Position numbers and translations under genes: made by a program
Notes under the pieces: generated by a model
Seen by the model: only the letters and a program-made list of their open reading frames with translations
Database searches by the model: none
What the model was told of the DNA's origin: nothing
DNA from: the human T2T-CHM13v2.0 reference genome, Homo sapiens
Assembly: GCF_009914755.1 (NCBI RefSeq)
Contig: NC_060940.1
DNA: 64,000 nt
Direction: 5' to 3' (one strand)
Part shown: positions 56,030 to 64,000 of the stretch, piece after piece
Layout: each line of letters opens with the position of its first letter
Numbering within the stretch: the first letter of the stretch is position 1

Positions 56030-56720
56030 GTGCTACGGTCTGAGCGTTCCGCCCCACTCCCTGATTCTTGTCTTGAATCTTAACCCCCCAGGTGATGGTT
56101 TAGAAGGGAGGGCCTTTGGGAGGCGATCAGATAATGAGGGCTCCACCACCTTGATCTTGGACCATTCAGCCTCCCAAACTGCGAAAAGTAAGTGTTTGCT
56201 GTTTCCAAGCCACCCAGTTCATGGTATTTTGTTATAGCAGCTCAAAACCAACTAAGGCAGCCTGCAACCTAGAGAAACCCATGATGTGGAAAGCAATACT
56301 AAAACACAGTAAAATTCTGATTCATGTACAATCTACCTGCAAGAACTTATTCTAAAGCTTTATTTTCTTAAACAGAGAGTAGAATGGTGGTTGCTAGAGG
56401 TGGGGTCATGGGTGGGAAGTTTTGGTCAAAGGGGTATAAACTTTCAAATATAAAATGCATACGTCTGGAGAGCTAATGTACAGTACAGTGACCATAGTGA
56501 GCAATACCAAATTGTAGGCTTAAAATCTGCTTAGAGGGTAGATCTCAAGTGTTCTCACCATAAAGAAATAAAAAAGTAACTGAGGTGATGAATGTGTTAA
56601 CTAATTTGGTTGTGGTGATCATTTCACAAAGTATACATATATCAAATCATGTTGTACACCTTAAATTTATATAATTTTATTTGTCAATTATACTTCGATG
56701 AAGTTGGAAAAATATAAAAT
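56030..56720 (+). mobile_element. MLT1A-like LTR remnant (~56030-56260) and L1MA-like 3' end (~56370-56720)
   Basis: aagccacccagttcatggtattttgttatagcagc; acagagagtagaatggtggttgctagagg...gtagatctcaagtgttctcacca. Confidence 0.65.
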
Positions 56721-57239
56721 AATTTAAAAAAATTTTTAAGCTTTGTTTTCTCATCTCTGCAGAAAACTAAAACATCTGTGAACAAAACAAAACCACAACT
56801 GTCCCCAAACTAGGAAAAGAAGAGCAAGTCCCTATTATCTTTTAAGCATTTTCTACTTCTACAGGGCAGGAGTCATCAAAAACCTACAGGAAACGTTACA
56901 ACTACAAAAGCGTCACGGGACAATTATGGTCAAAACTGCAAGTAGCAAAGTCACCTCTTCAAAGCACCACTGCTGTGGCCTGTAACATGATCCCACTCCA
57001 CAGTGAAGGGGACTCCACCTAGCAGTGTAAAGGGCAATCAACTCAAATAGAAAAACCTTCATGTACCAAGAGTTCTGGGAGGAAAGTCTTGGCTGAAACA
57101 TGGACATTACCAAGCTATCCAAATGCGTGTGACGTGGGGCGGGTGGTGAAAGAACACAAGGCAGACTGGCCAGGGTTTTAAAGAAGACAAAGCAAGCAGG
57201 ATGGAAAAAAAGACAATCAAAGCATTAGCGAACGACAGT

Positions 57240-57735
57240 GTGGTGGGCACAGTAATGGCCTCCAGGGATATCTACAGCCTAATCCCCAGACCCTGTAAAT
57301 ACGTCACCTTATGTGGCCAAAGGGACTCCGTAGATGTGACTGAGTTAAAGACTCCGAGCTGGGGAGGGTGGGTCCAATGTCATCATGTGTCCTTGTAAGG
57401 GGGGCAGGAAGATCAAAGAGAGAGAGCCATGTGACTACAAAGGGAGAGGTCAGAGAGAGCTCGAGTTGAGGGTGCTCTGTGCTGCTGGTTTCGATAATAG
57501 AGAGAGGGGTGGGTCACCAGTGAAGGACGGGGGGTGGCCTCTAGAAGCTGGCAGAGGCAAGGAAAAGGATTCTCCCCTGGAGCCTCCAGAGGAACGCAGC
57601 CCTGCTGACACCTTGACTTTAGCGCAGTCACAATGACTTCAGATTCCCATCTCCAGAAGGAAGAGACATCTGTGTCATTTTAAGCCACTACCTTTGTGGC
57701 AATTTGTTACATCAGCCACAGGGGATAAGGATAAA
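57240..57735 (+). mobile_element. MLT1-type MaLR LTR
   Basis: taatccccagaccctgtaaatacgtcacctt...ctagaagctggcagaggcaaggaaaaggattctcccctggagcctccaga. Confidence 0.78.
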
Positions 57736-58347
57736 CAGTGGGAGGAAGGGATGGATGAACAGTCAGTTCAGCTTTCAGGACAGCGAAGAGACAAGCTGAA
57801 AACTCTGCAACCTCCCTTAAGCCAAAACCACTATGTGTATTCAGGAGCCAGAAAGTCTCAGAGGTTCCTGCCATCTTTGACTGACCAGGGTAGACCTGAG
57901 GTCCTCCTCCTCACCAGCTGGGATTATCCAGCTTTTCAGTAAGGCTCCAGGGCGATGGCTGTTTTCATTGATGAAAACATTTTTCCAAATAAATCTTAAT
58001 TTTTTCAGAGTGTGAATCTGTCTTGTGCTCAGTACTCCAAATCCTCTGTTCTTCCTGACGTTTCAAGTCCCATGTCTTCTCCTCCGTTCAATCACTTCCT
58101 AACAAGCACCAACAACATGTCAGCCCTGGGGAGAAACTTCCCTTCCTGTCCCTTCCCTTCCCAGGCCGTGGCACTGCCCCCACCTCTGAATTCCTCTCCA
58201 CCTCTCTTACCCATGTGGCACTTAGCACACACTGCTTTGGATTCTATTTAAACACTCAACTTGCTTATATCTTGGTTTCTTGGTTGTCCAAGGAGAGCAC
58301 AGGCCTCTGGAGGGCAGGAGATGTATAGAAAACGAATTTTTCTGTAA

Positions 58348-58677
<330 letters not shown>

Positions 58678-58906
58678 TAAAACCTATTATGCACAGTTCA
58701 AAGAATAATAAAACAGCCACTTAGCCACCAGCCTACTTAACAAAACCAGTGTCGTGGAAGTCCTGTATGCTGTTCCTCTGATTACAGCCCCTCCTCTATC
58801 CTGGAGGCAGCCTCTCTCCTAAATTCTGGGGTAGTCACTCCCTGACTCTTTTAACAAAACAGCTGTATACCCCAAGCATGTATTCTGAAACAGTAACAGT
58901 ATTGCT

Positions 58907-60810
<1,904 letters not shown>

Positions 60811-61164
60811 GATCTCACACATCTTTAATATTCCTCCTCAGCACCTGACATGCTGCTGTAGACAACTTTATTTAATAAACAGAATCAAATACTGCTTTGT
60901 GTTCAAAGCTCAAATTTCACTCTTGAGAAAAAAACTTAAGCTTTTCATACTCTGCGTCAGCACTATGACAAAGTTAGCATTGGTGTATCAAGACTTTTTG
61001 GGATGTCTTTACCTTCACTGCCAATTTTTGGTATAGGACTAAACGCACAATGAAGCTGAGCCTAAAGAGCAGCAACATGGAATTAGAAACCTGGATTCTC
61101 ATCCAAGATCCAACACTCTTCACCATCATGTCTGTATTTATGCAGTAAGAATTAAAATATTCAG

Positions 61165-61700
61165 AGTACCCCACTCCTAGGCAGATACCCAAGATAATTA
61201 GAAACTTTTGCTCACATAAAAACTCCTGCTTGCATGTTCACAGTGGCCTACTCACAACTGCCAGAAGGCAGAAACAAACAAAATGTCCATCAACAAATGA
61301 ATGAATAAGCAAAATGTGGTGTTATCCACACAAAGGAGTATTATTCAGCCATAAAAAAGCATGAAGTACTGATACATACTACAACATGGATAAACTTTGA
61401 AAACATTATGCTAAAGGACAGAAACCAAATACAAAAGGCCGTATGTTGTATGTTTCCACTTGTATGAAATGTCCAGCATAAGCAAATCCATAGAGACAGA
61501 AGATAACTTAGGGCTGCTGAGGGACAGGGGGAGAAAAGAGGTATGACTGTTAATGGGGTTGGGGTTTCTTTTGTAGGTGATTAAATGTTCTGGAATTAGT
61601 TACTGGTGATGGTTGCATAGCATTGTGACTATAGCAAGAACTACTGAGTTATACACTGTAAAATGGCTAAAATGATAAATTTTATGTCATGCGTAAGTCA
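61165..61700 (+). mobile_element. L1MB-like 3' end
   Basis: aaatgtccatcaacaaatgaatgaataagcaaaatgtgg...gtactgatacatactacaacatggataaac. Confidence 0.8.
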
Positions 61701-61797
61701 TTTCGATTTTTGAAAACCTACTTTAAAAAAAAGTAGCACCAATATGTTCAACTCTGTTGCCCTAGAATATTCCAGCAGTGATTAAAACCACAAACTT

Positions 61798-62176
61798 GGC
61801 CGGGTACAGTGGCTCATGTCTGTAACCCCAGAACTTTGGGAGGCCAAGGCGGGCAGATCACTTGAGGCCAGGAGTTCAAGGCTACCCTGACCAACACAGC
61901 GAAACCCCGTCTCTACTAAAAAAAAAAAAAAAAAAATTAGCTGGGTGTGGTAGAACGTGCCTGTAATCCCAGCTACTCGGAAGGCTGAGGCAGGAGAATC
62001 ACTTGGGCCCGGGGTGCGGGATGGCGGGCAGAGGTAGCAGGAGCTGAGATCGCAGGCACCATTGCACTACAGCCCGGGCGACAGAGCGAGATTGTCTGAA
62101 TCAATCAATCAATCAACACCCTCCCCCTCCCCCTCCCTCTCCCTCTCCCTCCCTCCCTCTCTCTCTCTCTCTCTCT
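61798..62176 (+). mobile_element. Alu with an (AATC)n tail followed by a CT-rich tract
   Basis: Alu consensus; (tcaa)n; (ct)n. Confidence 0.85.
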
Positions 62177-63162
62177 CCTGTGGCGGTCAGAGTAAAATTG
62201 AGAGCTCACTTTATGCAAAAGACTCTGCTAAGTGCTTTATTCCTATTGTCTCACTTTATTCTCTCATTAATCTTATAAAGCGCAGTCAGACTCTCCCGTT
62301 TATAGATGGGGAAATTGAGTCTTATAGATGTAAAGTCGCACACCCAAGACCCCACAACTCAGAAAGGGGCTACCTGCAATTCAGATGGAGGTATAGCAAG
62401 GCGCAGAGTCCTGTCCAGGGAGCCCACTGTGAGACCCCCCGACTGCCTCGCAGTCACCTGTACACATCATGTTGGGATCGCCGAGGGGCGCTGCAGCGAT
62501 CCGGTTTCTGGGGCTGCGTCTGGGTGGCACGTTCAGAACGGGGACCTGCCTGGTTCTTCTTCCCAGCCCTTCCCCTCCAGCACCCGGCAAGGCCCAGTCA
62601 ACACGAGCAAACTCGGAAATCCTGGCTGAACCCACGACCGCTGCATATTTCCATTTTAGAAAAACACGGCAACAACAACTCAAACCAAATCGTTCAGAAA
62701 TGAGAATAAAGAAGCACCGACAAAGGAGGCGATTGCTGGGGCCGCTCGGGGGAGGAGCCGGGTGAGAGGCTGCAGGGAGGGCAGGGCATGCGCCGGCGAC
62801 AACGGGGTTCGCGGTTTGGGGGGCAAGGCCCGGGGGAAGAGAGAGAACAGGGGTGCAGCGCCGCGGCGGGGGGCGTGAGGATGGAGCCGGGGGAAGGGGG
62901 GCTCTGAGATGTGAAGGGGCGGGGCTGGGGCTTTTTGGTCTGAAGGAAGGAGTCTCACGGGACGGAGGGACGAAGATTTCCTGGGGTCAGGGGCGCCAAG
63001 GGGCTTCGGGGCCGGATGCAGCGGAGGGGGCCCGGGGCCTGGGGGGCGTGGTGAGAGCTCAGAGGGGTCTCGCCAAGCAGCCGGCTGGCGCTGAGGGGAC
63101 CGAGGAGGGGTCTGGGGCGAAAGGGCCGCGAGAGGGCGCCCAGGGCGCGGGGGGCGCGGTAC

Positions 63163-63260
63163 CTGCAGGCCGGCAAAGTCTTCCAAACCGGTCCCGCCAG
63201 ACCCGCGCGGCCGCCGCCCCCGTCTCGGCCGCCGGAGCTGCTGCCGCGCCGCGCCCTCAC
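63163..63260 (-). other. HSDL1: HSDL1 non-coding exon 1 (TSS approximate)
   Basis: CTGCAG|gtaccg donor inside a CpG island. Confidence 0.75.
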
Positions 63261-63524
63261 GTGACCCGCGTACGCGCCGGGGGCGGAGCCGTCTCAGACC
63301 CGCCCCCACCCCCCGGCGTCCCCAGCGCGCCGGTCCGTCCCGAGTGCGCGTGCGCAGCGGTTGCCTGGGCGACCGGGGAAGCGTTGGGCTGTAAAGACTA
63401 GGGCGCCAGCGGCTGGCGAAGAAGGAAAGAGGGTACTCTCTTGGCTGGGCTGGGGCCGTAGCGACGTCCGCCGCGAACCTGGGCCCCCCAAAGCTGCGGG
63501 GCGTTCGGTGTCGCCGAAGTAAAC

Positions 63525-63648
63525 ATGCACCCTGAGCCCTCGGAGCCTGCGACAGGTGGTGCAGCAGAGCTGGATTGCGCGCAGGAGCCCGGCGTGGAGG
63601 AGTCTGCGGGTGACCACGGGAGCGCAGGCCGAGGGGGCTGCAAGGAAG
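63525..63648 (+). CDS. DNAAF1: Dynein axonemal assembly factor 1 (LRRC50), exon 1 coding part ([41 protein letters not shown])
   Basis: Recognised N-terminus; 124 nt to AAG|gtgccg donor; upstream X-box typical of ciliary genes. Confidence 0.92.
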
Positions 63649-63894
63649 GTGCCGACTGCCCCCCAGGGAGGGCGGTGGGCGAGGGGCAGACACGGCTAGG
63701 CGCTCCAGCCCCCTTCCCACACCACATACCCGATCTTCACAGCCAAATAATAACAATAATAATAATGGTAGCAAGCAACGCTCTGCAGTAGGGGCTTCTC
63801 TCGCCATTTCGTACTGAGGAGGAAACATACTTAAGAGGTTACAAAACTTGCACCAAACAGATAACCCTCGGCTAGTCAGTGACAGAAGAGACTT

Positions 63895-64000
63895 GGCCGG
63901 GTGCGGTGGCTCAACGCCTGTAATTCCAGCACTTTGGGAGGCCGAGGCGGGCGGATCATCAGGTCAGTCAGGAGTTCGAGACCAGCCTGGCCAACATAGT
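63895..64000 (+). mobile_element. Alu left arm (cut by the window edge)
   Basis: ggccgggtgcggtggctca... Confidence 0.9.

Larger units (their letters stand above)
62730..63730. promoter_or_regulatory. CpG-island bidirectional promoter, HSDL1/DNAAF1
   Basis: E-box TCACGTGAC 63257-63265; GC box ~63279-63288; NRF1-like TGCGCGTGCGCA 63345-63356; RFX X-box-like GTTGCCTGGGCGAC 63360-63373. Confidence 0.9.

Noticed and set aside
62680-63828. 382-aa minus-strand ORF and other long ORFs in the two CpG islands
   Set aside because: Pro/Arg/Gly/Ala-rich frames expected from GC content; they cross real exon-intron boundaries and show no domain.

Overview
Human (great-ape-type) genomic DNA, recognisable as the chr16q MBTPS1-HSDL1-DNAAF1 locus. 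Minus strand: MBTPS1 (site-1 protease/SKI-1) exons 1-10, with the gene continuing off the left edge, and the complete HSDL1 gene (6 exons, 330 aa, catalytic Tyr replaced by Phe). Plus strand: DNAAF1/LRRC50 exon 1, head-to-head with HSDL1 on a shared CpG island. Between the MBTPS1 promoter and the HSDL1 3' end lies an old processed PLK1 pseudogene interrupted by a MER44/Tigger7 element and an Alu. The window holds about 45 Alus plus L1, L2, MIR, MLT1, MER20 and MER58 fragments and several tandem repeats. I found no new multi-gene system. The best leads are regulatory: (1) a perfect 42-nt-period duplication of the MBTPS1 exon-4 splice donor that could add 14 aa in frame just before the catalytic Asp; (2) ten uAUGs forming a stop-start chain of uORFs in the MBTPS1 leader; (3) an ~800-bp CCAAT-containing, GU-rich VNTR next to the last HSDL1 acceptor; (4) a near-consensus AluYd8 insertion. 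Exon boundaries were read from GT/AG sites and reading-frame continuity. Repeat family names and edges come from remembered consensus sequences and are approximate.
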